Of a stretch of 41,990 nt of DNA, positions 1 to 9,394 are shown piece after piece; positions within the stretch are counted from its first letter, which is position 1, and each line of letters starts with the position of its first letter. Both the position numbers and the translations under genes were made by a program. Location of the stretch: IMG/VR virus record IMGVR_UViG_3300033144_005310, positions 1 through 41,990 of that record. One strand, written 5' to 3'. The stretch is from a virus. The notes below the pieces were generated by a model. It had not been told where the DNA came from. It made no database searches and saw only the letters and a program-made list of their open reading frames with translations.

Positions 1-114
1 CCATTTATTCCTCCACTAATTATATTTATCTCACAAGTTCTTAACCACCAAACTGCTTCTTCATGAACTGGTGCTGCATATGCGGCTTGTATAAGTAATA
101 AACTTTTCCAAGTA
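1..114. repeat. Terminal direct repeat, copy 1 (circular-assembly overlap or terminal redundancy)
   Basis: Bases 1-114 are identical base for base to 41877-41990. An ORF reads through the junction. Confidence 0.95.
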
Positions 115-1448
115 CTATTATAACATTGCCAATCAACCCAATTACTTATTCCAGTATGTTGTTCAACTCTTAATCTTATTTTATCTGCATCAGCATCAAA
201 ACAATCAGAAGGGATAGTAAGATTTCTTGTAGCTGCAGGAGAAATTTGACTCATACTTCTTACTTGCCATATAGCTCCATTTGGATAAGTTGGTTTGGTA
301 TAATTAAAATAAATATGCGTTGTAAGTTCCTCTTCAGGGGAAGACCATGTGTCCCAATCTTCATCATAAGAATTACTACAAGGCTGAGTGACAGACCAAG
401 TTCCATCACAAAAAATTTCATCTGCTGTTTCTTGATAAAATCCAGATGTATTCATTGTTATAAACTTATGTCCATCCATTCCCCAATAAATCGCTTCTTC
501 TGTTATTTGTGATTCAGCTGAGGCACCAGAATATATAGAAATCCATGAAGTGCTATTATAACAATAGAGACTAATAGGAGTAAACATATCAGCAATCCTT
601 GCTTGTAAATAAATATAATCAGCAATACCACTCATACAACTTTCTGGCAAAGTAAAATTATAACTTTCACCAACTGGGTTTGTTTTAAATTGCCATTTTG
701 CTTCAGCTATAGAATCTTCTGGTTTTGTATAATTCCAAGTCATAGCAATAGGAAAAGAGGAAGATTGGTCACGAGAAAAATAAGTGTCCCAATCTCCATC
801 ATTTGCATCATCAGGATTATGTCCTTGAGAACCTACACAACCTGGACAAGTCCAATTATCTGCATGTTCTTGATATTCATAATAAAATGGATTAAAATCA
901 AAAGTAGCATTTAAAGTAAGTGTTCCTGGATTATAAATAGTTATATTTCCGGGTATTGTTTGATTTGAATTAAATATACAATTTTCAGAACAATTTAAAT
1001 TCCAAGTTCCAGAGTAAGGTGCATAACATGGTCCTGTTGGTGCAAGTTTTAAAATAATTCCTGATGGACTTGTATCATTCATAAAAGTAAAGTTTGAATT
1101 AAAAACATCATTTAAATAAAAAGAAAAGTTTTGATTATAAGTTGTTTCATTGAAAGTAACATTAAGATTTACAAATCCATTAGCATCTGTAAGTCCTGAA
1201 TTAATCGTAACTGCTTCTTTTTTAATTGTTACATTTACACTTTCTATATATTCATCAAATTCATCTTTTACAAATATTGGAAAATATCTATTAGCAGAAG
1301 CATTTATGTCCCAATCATAAAGAGCAGTTAAATCAATATAACCATAAATAACTGGTCTATGGTCTCCAGGTACTCCAACTCCATTTATTTCAATATTTGT
1401 AATATCAGAATAGGGGGTTGTGAAATTATTAAGAGAAGTTCCTCTCAT
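1..1448 (-). CDS. Adhesin-like protein with two tandem ~110-aa repeat domains. The ORF wraps the contig junction (483 aa in total).
   Basis: Hand translation from ATG 1448 (ATGA overlap with the upstream stop) is open to base 1. It continues in the repeat copy to TAA at 41873-41875. About 20 N-x-S/T sequons. Absent from the track because it runs off the window edge. Confidence 0.8.
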   Translation of the reverse strand, partial: MRGTSLNNFTTPYSDITNIEINGVGVPGDHRPVIYGYIDLTALYDWDINASANRYFPIFVKDEFDEYIESVNVTIKKEAVTINSGLTDANGFVNLNVTFNETTYNQNFSFYLNDVFNSNFTFMNDTSPSGIILKLAPTGPCYAPYSGTWNLNCSENCIFNSNQTIPGNITIYNPGTLTLNATFDFNPFYYEYQEHADNWTCPGCVGSQGHNPDDANDGDWDTYFSRDQSSSFPIAMTWNYTKPEDSIAEAKWQFKTNPVGESYNFTLPESCMSGIADYIYLQARIADMFTPISLYCYNSTSWISIYSGASAESQITEEAIYWGMDGHKFITMNTSGFYQETADEIFCDGTWSVTQPCSNSYDEDWDTWSSPEEELTTHIYFNYTKPTYPNGAIWQVRSMSQISPAATRNLTIPSDCFDADADKIRLRVEQHTGISNWVDWQCYNSTWKSLLLIQAAYAAPVHEEAVWWLRTCEINIISGGIN

Positions 1449-3940
1449 AGACATATAGTTTCTATACTTGTCCATGTTCCAGAAAAGTCTGTATTTTCTA
1501 CATGAAGTATGCTTGTTGTTCTTATTGAAGATGCATCATTAAAAATAGAATTATTAATATAAGCAATTCCATTTGCTTCTCCTGCATATAATGTATTTGT
1601 AATATTTACCCCAATTAAATCAACATCATAATCACAACCAGTAGCAGTAATATGATTTGTAACAGAAACGTCTGGTTCTAAATCATCTATAAAAACTGTA
1701 CATTCTAAATCTGAATATAAAGACAAAGAAATAATAGTTCCTCCTGTAACTTTATTTGTTGTATCTTCATAAAATTGGACTTTATTGATACTTGTTCCTG
1801 CTCCAGATATATCTACAATAGCCCAATCTGCTGTAATAAAAATATAAGTATCAACTGTTATATTTATTATAGTGCTATTTGAATATTCTTCAAATCTTGT
1901 ATAATAATTAGTTTCAGTATTTGTTAATGTATTGTTTGAATTATTTGTAAACATTAAAAATATCTTATTACTAAAATTTGCAGAATTAAGAATAGATTCT
2001 CCTGCAACATTAAAGTGGGAAAGATAACTTGTTGAGTTCATATAAGTATCATTAAAGTCAACATAAGCTCCAGAATAAGTTGTAAACTCATAATCATAAT
2101 TAGAACTTCCATTCATTATAAAAGTAACATTAGTTAAATTAAGAGAACCACCATTTAAAATATTCACATCACAATTTGCAGTTATTGTTCTATCTGAGAA
2201 ATTTCTTGCTTCATCTATATTACACTCATAGGCTGTATTCCAATTATCATCTATTACTTTGGGGGTATAAGTTATATTAACTTTATGTAATTGTATTGTT
2301 TCTGAAGTATCTGAAGTAGTTAAAAATGCCTTATATTGAAACCATTGTAATTCTCCTGTTCCAGTTAAACTTTCTCCTGAAGTATTATAAAAGGTATTTA
2401 TTGTTCCATCTGGTCCATAAAAAGTTTCTCCAGCACAAGCATTATCATCACAATCTCTTACTTGAAATGTAAGATTTTGAATTGTATTGTTTATGTCAAC
2501 AGACCAACTGATTGTCTCCCAAGTAGAATTGCCTTCAGCATCAAAAACTTTAGAAATGTAATCTCCTGCAGAATCATAAGTTATAGGAAATTCCTCTGTT
2601 TCAGTATGGTTCTGTGGATTATCATTTGCTTGTGAAACAAATTCAATAGAATTATTATCAACATCCATTCCATTACCATAGTTCTCCTGTGCTCCTCCTG
2701 AAGCAAGAAGAACTGCTGTTGAGTTACTTAATGCTTTTCTTTCTATACTTCCTCCATCTGGCGGTTGAGCAGCACAAGTTCCATTGCAGTCTGTTGCAAG
2801 CCCATAACCAACCCAATCAACTATATCTACATCTGTTGGTCCTGATATAGGACCTGTTCCCAAATAAATTGTATTTGAATCTGTTAAAGTAAATCCTGCT
2901 GATGTTCCTATTGCATCTGCCATATCTAAAAAACTCTGGGTTGCATCGTCTTTAACGATTAAATAAAATCCATAAGCAGAAATGGTAACTCCTCCTGGAT
3001 AAGTTCCATCTGCTGCATCTCCTATTCTCATTAAAATAGCTGGGTCTCCTCCTCCAGACGATATTCTTTCAATTCTATATGAACTTGCATTTAAATCTAT
3101 TGCTGAACCAGTTGGATTGTAAATTTCAATCCAATCATCATCAGTTCCACCCGTTCCATCTATGCTGTCTATTTGAATCTCTGAAATAACTAAATGGTCT
3201 GTTATATTTTCATCTTGAGTTGCAACTAAAGTTAAATCTCCTCCTACTGTTGATTCTGTATGGTTATAAGTTCCTAAATCCCAATCTGCTTGTGAATCTG
3301 TAGCCCAAGTAGGATAAGGAACAACATATAAAATATCATTAATTAAAACTGAATAATTAAAAATACCTTCTGTATTTAAAGGAATATAAAAAGAATCTGA
3401 ATAACTATAACTTGTTTCTTTTTCTAATATATCCTCTTTTAATATTTTTGTATCTGAAGTTTCTTTTTCTAATAATTCTTTCTCTTTCTCCATATCTGCG
3501 TTTTCATAGATTTCTGTTTTAAAAGAATCAAAATCTTTAATAGTAACTGCTTCATCATTTGTGTTTTCTACAATTACTTTATAATCACATTTCTGCCTTC
3601 TTTCTCCATCAATTAGATAATATCCATAACATTCAATGTGCTCTGGAGAAAAGGTTATCTTAAAACCATCTTTTGCCATTACTGCATCTCCATCAATATT
3701 CATATAAGGAAAAGTGTCCATATCTACAACTTGTGCTTTGGTTATTCTATAACATCCTTTTTCTGTTGCAGAAAGTCCAGAACAAACTTTATAATCATTA
3801 TTATCTTCACAGAAATAAATATTCTCTTGGTTAGTTTCAATCCAACCTGTTTCACACATTGATTTTCCAGGACCTAATAATAATGTTGCTAAAATTATAG
3901 CAAAGATAGTTGCTGTATTCATAGAAACTATCTTAACCAT
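1445..3940 (-). CDS. Exported adhesin-like protein: signal peptide, Cys-rich motif, lamin-tail domain (LTD), C-terminal beta-helix-like repeats
   Basis: 831-aa ORF. Hydrophobic N-terminus ATIFAIILATLLLGPG. LTD-like stretch ISEIQ..DDDWIEIYNPTGSAIDLN..YGFYLIV. The C-terminal third is made of short N/T/S-rich repeats. Confidence 0.8.
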   Translation of the reverse strand: MVKIVSMNTATIFAIILATLLLGPGKSMCETGWIETNQENIYFCEDNNDYKVCSGLSATEKGCYRITKAQVVDMDTFPYMNIDGDAVMAKDGFKITFSPEHIECYGYYLIDGERRQKCDYKVIVENTNDEAVTIKDFDSFKTEIYENADMEKEKELLEKETSDTKILKEDILEKETSYSYSDSFYIPLNTEGIFNYSVLINDILYVVPYPTWATDSQADWDLGTYNHTESTVGGDLTLVATQDENITDHLVISEIQIDSIDGTGGTDDDWIEIYNPTGSAIDLNASSYRIERISSGGGDPAILMRIGDAADGTYPGGVTISAYGFYLIVKDDATQSFLDMADAIGTSAGFTLTDSNTIYLGTGPISGPTDVDIVDWVGYGLATDCNGTCAAQPPDGGSIERKALSNSTAVLLASGGAQENYGNGMDVDNNSIEFVSQANDNPQNHTETEEFPITYDSAGDYISKVFDAEGNSTWETISWSVDINNTIQNLTFQVRDCDDNACAGETFYGPDGTINTFYNTSGESLTGTGELQWFQYKAFLTTSDTSETIQLHKVNITYTPKVIDDNWNTAYECNIDEARNFSDRTITANCDVNILNGGSLNLTNVTFIMNGSSNYDYEFTTYSGAYVDFNDTYMNSTSYLSHFNVAGESILNSANFSNKIFLMFTNNSNNTLTNTETNYYTRFEEYSNSTIINITVDTYIFITADWAIVDISGAGTSINKVQFYEDTTNKVTGGTIISLSLYSDLECTVFIDDLEPDVSVTNHITATGCDYDVDLIGVNITNTLYAGEANGIAYINNSIFNDASSIRTTSILHVENTDFSGTWTSIETICL

Positions 3941-5668
3941 TTAATTCACCTTTATTACCAATTCACCATCTGTACTATTCCAATAAATATATCCATCTTC
4001 TGAATCGCCAAAGTATATCTTTTTATCATTTGGAATATACATGTCGTCTGAAAAAGAAGAATTACCAACTACTTCTAATTTATGAGTTGGTGTTGCAGTT
4101 CCAATACCTATTTCATTATCATTATAATCTACAACTAAAGTATTTGAATCAATATTTAAGTCAGAAGTTAAATCTCCTGTTGAATCTCCTGTTTTAATAA
4201 TATAAGTTGCATTACCTATTGTTTCTATTGTCTTATTTAATTTAGTTTCATTTAAATGTAATATGTCTGTAATATTGTATAAATAATTACTTCCTGTTAA
4301 ATTCCATCCACTTGTAATGCCAGTTAATAAACTTCCATCTCCATTAAAGAAATCTGTAGTGATATTATAACCTGTATTATCTAAATTCATATCTTTATGA
4401 AATGAAAGAGGGTCTATTTCATATCCTATGGGAGTTCCATATCCTGTTGCTATTGCTAACCAATCAATGTAATAATGGTTATTTGTATTTCCATTGGAAG
4501 ATTTATAAAATCTTAACTGAACTATTCCTCCTGAAATATGACTTGAGGGGTCAAATACTGTTCTGTCTATTATTTTAAAATCAGTAGTTGTACCGATAAT
4601 TGGGTAATCTTCCCATTCAAGAGTATCATAATTCCATAATTGAAGAATAGGATAATCACCAGATAGTTCACTTGTTTTATATCTCATTATCAATAGATTG
4701 AAAGTTTCTCCATCTGTAAAGTTAATTCTAACATCTAACCCTGGGCTTCCTGAAGCTTCTGAAATATTCATTGTAATTCCATCATAACTTCCATCTGAAT
4801 GTGTTGTATTACTTAGACTTCCACCATCTAAAGTTCCAGCAACTATATTCATTGAAATTGCATCATAATAAGTAGTAGATAACATCGATTCGTTAAAATC
4901 AAAAGTTGAACCATCAAAACTACTCCATTCGTCTGTAGTTGTCCAATTAAATTTAGCATTAACATAAGCACCACCAGTAAGAGTTAAATTTCCTGTCATT
5001 TCATCTCCTGAAGTAAGAACATAAACATCTGAAATACCTGTGCAAGTTACACTATCATCTATTTGTGTAACATAAGTATCTACTGGACAAGCTGCAGGAT
5101 AAGTATGTAATCCTGTCCAAGTCATAAAATCTGTTGAATTAGAATTATTAACATTTAAATCTCCTTCTGTTGCTTGTGTTATAAAAGTATTATCTGTATA
5201 AGTTTTCATAGAATCATTAAAAATAACATCTTGTGTATCTACATAAGTTTTCATGCTGGAATTTGCACTAACGACTATTGAATCTATTGTTGCGTTTAGT
5301 TGAGTTTCGTTAAGTGTTAGTGTAGTTCCAGACATATAAATATAAATATCACCCACTGCTGTTATGAATTTATTTAATATCCCACTCCATTCTATAAAAC
5401 TTGTGGTGTTTGAATGATTAACATTTAAATCTGCTTGGGAAGTTTCACTATCCCAATATGTTGAAGTATTTGAATAACTTGAATAATTAGAAGTTATAGC
5501 ATAAGTTGCATTACCACTAAAAGTTCCTGAAAAGTTATCTGCTTCCACTAAAGTAATATTGGTAATATTATATTTGTTATAATTTGTATTATCATAAACA
5601 TATTTTGTTCCACTAACGGAAACTATTAAAAGTAATGATATTAAAATCATTAATATTGTTTTTTTCAT
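3941..5668 (-). CDS. Exported fibre/adhesin-like protein, sequon-dense
   Basis: 575-aa ORF with SD GGAGGA. Classical signal peptide MKKTILMILISLLLIVSVSG. About 28 N-x-S/T sequons by manual count. Confidence 0.75.
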   Translation of the reverse strand: MKKTILMILISLLLIVSVSGTKYVYDNTNYNKYNITNITLVEADNFSGTFSGNATYAITSNYSSYSNTSTYWDSETSQADLNVNHSNTTSFIEWSGILNKFITAVGDIYIYMSGTTLTLNETQLNATIDSIVVSANSSMKTYVDTQDVIFNDSMKTYTDNTFITQATEGDLNVNNSNSTDFMTWTGLHTYPAACPVDTYVTQIDDSVTCTGISDVYVLTSGDEMTGNLTLTGGAYVNAKFNWTTTDEWSSFDGSTFDFNESMLSTTYYDAISMNIVAGTLDGGSLSNTTHSDGSYDGITMNISEASGSPGLDVRINFTDGETFNLLIMRYKTSELSGDYPILQLWNYDTLEWEDYPIIGTTTDFKIIDRTVFDPSSHISGGIVQLRFYKSSNGNTNNHYYIDWLAIATGYGTPIGYEIDPLSFHKDMNLDNTGYNITTDFFNGDGSLLTGITSGWNLTGSNYLYNITDILHLNETKLNKTIETIGNATYIIKTGDSTGDLTSDLNIDSNTLVVDYNDNEIGIGTATPTHKLEVVGNSSFSDDMYIPNDKKIYFGDSEDGYIYWNSTDGELVIKVN

Positions 5669-5875
5669 TTAACTCCATTCCTCCTTCTTGCTTCCATTAA
5701 CCCAAAGTTCTAATCTGCTACTTGTTGAATTATAAAGTAAATAAGTATTTCCACCATAACCATTTAAATAAAATGGTGTTCCACTTGCTACATAAGAATT
5801 AACTGTTGCTACTCCTGTTTCTACTAATATTTCATCTGTTCCAACTGTTATATTTAATGTTTCAGTAGTTGTCAT
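5669..5875 (-). CDS. Small hypothetical protein of the adhesin-like operon
   Basis: 68-aa ORF, SD GAGGGTGG, translationally coupled to its neighbours. Confidence 0.6.
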   Translation of the reverse strand: MTTTETLNITVGTDEILVETGVATVNSYVASGTPFYLNGYGGNTYLLYNSTSSRLELWVNGSKKEEWS

Positions 5876-6216
5876 TATGCCACCCTCACTGTTATATCTT
5901 GTATAACTTCAAATATTCCTGATGTTAATGTTGTTACATTTCCAGATGAATCAACTAACTCTATATCATAATAATATTCTTTTGCATCAACATCAGTATC
6001 TGTTTTAGTTAAAACAATGTTAGTAATTCCACCTATTGCATTTAAATGTGAAGTTACATCTTTTGAAATAATTGCATCAACATCTGCATCTGTTTTAGTT
6101 TCCTTAACTGTAAGAAATATACTTGCACCCACTAAACTAATTGGATTTCCATTCTTGTCTTTAAGTCTTAAAGTCCAAGTCTTATCATCTCTCTTATATA
6201 CTGATAAATTTACCAT
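5875..6216 (-). CDS. Ig-like/beta-sandwich protein; first gene after motif copy A
   Basis: 113-aa ORF. The pattern T..L.D.nG.P..L.GA.i.ltVK....D...I.K resembles phage Ig-like fibre or decoration domains. The ATG has no SD and lies 22 nt after a TTTTATAAA box. Confidence 0.6.
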   Translation of the reverse strand: MVNLSVYKRDDKTWTLRLKDKNGNPISLVGASIFLTVKETKTDADVDAIISKDVTSHLNAIGGITNIVLTKTDTDVDAKEYYYDIELVDSSGNVTTLTSGIFEVIQDITVRVA

Positions 6217-6238
6217 TTTTCTTATTTTGTTTTTTTAA

Positions 6239-6254
6239 TTTATAAAACCAACGA
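6239..6254 (-). promoter_or_regulatory. Conserved 16-nt motif, copy A (coding strand TCGTTGGTTTTATAAA); putative BRE/TATA-type late promoter
   Basis: Identical 16-mer at 9395-9410 and 41555-41570. Exactly 22 nt separate the box from the SD-less ATG at 6216. The motif overlaps the last codons (SLVL-stop) of the upstream gene. Confidence 0.6.
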
Positions 6255-7592
6255 ATTTAAATTTTCTTTTGATTTATATTCTTGAGGTTTTGTTTCTTCT
6301 AAACTAAATTTCTTATGTTCGTTTCCAATTATAGCAACAGGTATTCTTTTTACTTCCATTATGATTGCAGCTATTGCTCTATTTCTTCCCTCGTGGTCTT
6401 TTATCTTTCCTTCACTATAATCTAAAAATCCAGTATCAAGAAAATTTCCTTTTTTAACTCCTTCAATTATATTTAGTATACTTGGAATTTTCATAATTTC
6501 ATGCATTTCTTCTTTACCTTTAACTCCTGCTAATTTTAAAAATTCATTTGGAGACATCCATTCTATATGTCCTCCCTCTCCTTTAAATGCTTGTGTTACT
6601 GCTGGTGTAGTTCCTTTACCAAACCTTACTTTTACATTTTCCCTATGAGAAATTAATTTCTTTTTAAGTGGATTTGATTTTGATTCTCTTAATTTTTTAA
6701 ATTCTGCACTTCTTTTTTCTTTTTGTATACTCGTTGGGTTTTCCCCATATTTATCCCAAATCTTATCAAATTCTTTAATTACTTCTTCATATTCTTTTTT
6801 AATTTCACTTAATTTAGTTTCTTTTTTTTGTTTTTTCTGTTCTTCTTTTCTTTTATTTAGTTCTTTCTTTCTGTTATCGCCAGGATATTCATATTGATAA
6901 CTTCCTCCTGCTCTCCATCTCCTTATATATTTGTGAACTCCTTTTTCTTCTATATTTTTAATTTCTTCTTCCTTAACAAACCTAATTACACTTCTGCAGT
7001 TGGGATGAAACGGAGGAGATTGTGCTCTTATTGTTTTATTATCAACTTTAATTATAAATTCTTGGTCTAAAGGTATTGCTTGGTTTTCTTCTCCATATTT
7101 CTTATCTTCTTTTTTACATATGCTGCTTGTATTTTCATCTTCAACAATATCAATATATTTTCTTAAATTTAAACCACTTTGTTTTGCACCTTCTAATGCA
7201 CCATAATTATTTGCTCTTATCTTTTCTGTTCTTAATACTGTTTTAAGTCTGTTAGTATATTTCTTATCTTTAAAGACATCTTTTATTCTTGTCTTTAATT
7301 GACTTATTTTTTCTTTATTTAATATCCCTCTGCTTAATTCTCCTCTTAATGCTTCTCCCATTGCATCAGTATGAGTTTTTAAGTTATTAAATACATAATC
7401 ATTTAAAAAAGATATTTCCTTTTCATTTGAAACAAAATTCATATTAAATTCAATCTCTGAATTTGTTATTCCTTTTGTATATTCCTCTGAAATAAAATCA
7501 CTTACTTTTAATTTAAAATGTTCAATATTAATAATCTTTATGAATTTATTTATTATCCAATCAATAATATTTTTAACTTCAATACTAACCAT
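6240..7592 (-). CDS. Head morphogenesis protein (SPP1 gp7 / Mu F family) with K/E-rich linker and C-terminal extension
   Basis: 450 aa, immediately downstream of the portal gene. Contains the PPFHPNCRS motif typical of the Mu F family. The C-terminal ~150 aa carries a ParB/Srx-like motif KDHEGRNRAIAA..RIPVAIIG. Confidence 0.85.
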   Translation of the reverse strand: MVSIEVKNIIDWIINKFIKIINIEHFKLKVSDFISEEYTKGITNSEIEFNMNFVSNEKEISFLNDYVFNNLKTHTDAMGEALRGELSRGILNKEKISQLKTRIKDVFKDKKYTNRLKTVLRTEKIRANNYGALEGAKQSGLNLRKYIDIVEDENTSSICKKEDKKYGEENQAIPLDQEFIIKVDNKTIRAQSPPFHPNCRSVIRFVKEEEIKNIEEKGVHKYIRRWRAGGSYQYEYPGDNRKKELNKRKEEQKKQKKETKLSEIKKEYEEVIKEFDKIWDKYGENPTSIQKEKRSAEFKKLRESKSNPLKKKLISHRENVKVRFGKGTTPAVTQAFKGEGGHIEWMSPNEFLKLAGVKGKEEMHEIMKIPSILNIIEGVKKGNFLDTGFLDYSEGKIKDHEGRNRAIAAIIMEVKRIPVAIIGNEHKKFSLEETKPQEYKSKENLNSLVL

Positions 7593-9305
7593 TTATACCT
7601 CTTGGTCTGGTATCTTACTTACAACATCAACTAAAGCATTTCCAATATCATCTATAAAGTTATCCAATTCATCAATTAATTCTTTTGGTTTATCTGTTGC
7701 CTTTTCTTCTGGTTTCTCTTTCTTCTTAAAAGGATTTTCTTTCTTTTTATCTTTGGGTTCTTCATTATCAGAAAAACCAGATTCTTCTTGTGGATTTTGA
7801 TTATTAAATGTTTCTTGTTCTATCTCTCTTTGTTCTTCCTTTTGTTTAACCAATTCTTCAATATCAATTCCTAACTCTTTTGCTACCATTTCAGGTGTCT
7901 TAATTCCCATATTGATTTGTTTAGCAAATAAATCATGTTTTTTATTATCTTCATCTAAATCATATTCATCATAAACAAATTCAATAGGAACATCTCCAGA
8001 ATCTGGTATTTCTTTTCCATTAGCAAAGAACTCGGGCATTATCTGTGTATTAAAGTGATAAGCCAAGACATCAAGTAAAGGTTTAATTGCTTTTCTCTTT
8101 GCTAATTTTGTTTGCTCTTGTGATACTGCTTTATTTGAATTTTCAGTAAATCCCATTTCTTCTGCAGTAACTCCAAAACACATCCAAAGTAATTTAGTAA
8201 ACCATTGTTGTTGGGTTATAACTTCCATTTCTTTTGGATTTAATTGGAATGGTGTAAATTTAACTTCTGTTGTAGTAATAGGATATGTGAAGAACTTCTT
8301 TCTTCTTCTTCCTAAATCATCTGTATATTTAAATTGTTGTTCAAAGTTTTGTCTAAAATTAGTTATTTGTGATTGTTGTGCTCCTAAAAGTTGTATAACC
8401 CCTTCTGGCATATTATTATTAGTATAGAAATCTAAATTAAAGTCTGCTCCATAAATAAGATTAAGTATGATTTCAGTAAGAATCTCAATAGGACTTCTAC
8501 CATAAATACTATCTCCTCTTGGGTTCTGCATAATATAAACAATCTCTCTCTTACCAAAAGGAACTGGCATACTTCCTGCAGTCCATCCATATTGGAAATA
8601 TGCAGCTTGTTGTCTATATAGAATATCATATTGTTTCATTAATTGCTGTTGAGATTCACTTGGACTTCCACCAACACTTATTCCAACTCCAGTAAAACCA
8701 TCTGGTAAAGGTGGGACAAAATCTGCTTTATCTCCCATATAACCATAAATGTCTGGGTTCTTTAAGAAAGTTGCACCATCTCTTGCAAACATTTGCTTAA
8801 ACTCTCCTTTTCTATTAAATACTTTTACTAAAACTCCTGCATCTATTTCAGATATATCAGTAATTAATTGTCTTGTAATGTGTCCTAAACTTTGTTCATT
8901 ACCATTAGGATTATTAAAGAATTTGGTGACTTCTTTTATCTTATTATCATAATTTATTGGTTCTGCTTTTTCTTCTGGTCCTTCTTTATCATCTTCCTCT
9001 TTTTTATCATTATTTGATTCATTAAATTCTTCCTTAACTTTAATTTCCCATCCAACAGAAGTAGCTTCATCACATAAAGTTTTAATAATAGAAAAAACAT
9101 AAGGGTTCTTTGCTAATGTTTTAAATGCCTGTAAGTTTACCTTTCTTGGCATTCCATAAGGTGGTTTATATAAGAAATTAGGAATATATGCTTTAAATAC
9201 ACCATCATCTTTTGCTTCTCTTAATGCTGGTCTATTATTATAAGCACTGTTATCACTAACAGCTTTCACTATAGGTGCTGTATTATATTGAAAAAATTGC
9301 ATCAT
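7593..9305 (-). CDS. Portal protein
   Basis: 570-aa ORF between the terminase and Mu F-like genes. Size and acidic C-terminus are typical of portal proteins. Confidence 0.8.
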   Translation of the reverse strand: MMQFFQYNTAPIVKAVSDNSAYNNRPALREAKDDGVFKAYIPNFLYKPPYGMPRKVNLQAFKTLAKNPYVFSIIKTLCDEATSVGWEIKVKEEFNESNNDKKEEDDKEGPEEKAEPINYDNKIKEVTKFFNNPNGNEQSLGHITRQLITDISEIDAGVLVKVFNRKGEFKQMFARDGATFLKNPDIYGYMGDKADFVPPLPDGFTGVGISVGGSPSESQQQLMKQYDILYRQQAAYFQYGWTAGSMPVPFGKREIVYIMQNPRGDSIYGRSPIEILTEIILNLIYGADFNLDFYTNNNMPEGVIQLLGAQQSQITNFRQNFEQQFKYTDDLGRRRKKFFTYPITTTEVKFTPFQLNPKEMEVITQQQWFTKLLWMCFGVTAEEMGFTENSNKAVSQEQTKLAKRKAIKPLLDVLAYHFNTQIMPEFFANGKEIPDSGDVPIEFVYDEYDLDEDNKKHDLFAKQINMGIKTPEMVAKELGIDIEELVKQKEEQREIEQETFNNQNPQEESGFSDNEEPKDKKKENPFKKKEKPEEKATDKPKELIDELDNFIDDIGNALVDVVSKIPDQEV

Positions 9306-9310
9306 GATGA

Positions 9311-9328
9311 CCCTCCAATTAAGGAGGG
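9311..9328 (-). promoter_or_regulatory. Hairpin that sequesters the portal SD (mRNA CCCUCC-UUAAUU-GGAGGG)
   Basis: Perfect 6-bp GC-rich inverted repeat. Its 3' arm is the portal SD, 5 nt before ATG 9305. A second anti-SD-like CACCTC lies just upstream. Confidence 0.55.
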
Positions 9329-9394
9329 GATTGAGGTGATTTATGTTTCAAAAAAGGTCTAATATCTTCTTCAAAGTCATATATCAAAATACAC

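Noticed and set aside
1-114. The 114-bp terminal repeat as a biological direct terminal repeat or cos region.
   Set aside because: The ends fall inside a coding sequence that reads through the junction, so assembly overlap of a circular or permuted genome is the simpler reading. Only read-terminus analysis can settle this.
8432-8629. 65-aa minus-strand ORF inside the portal gene.
   Set aside because: It is fully nested out of frame in the 570-aa portal ORF, with no SD.
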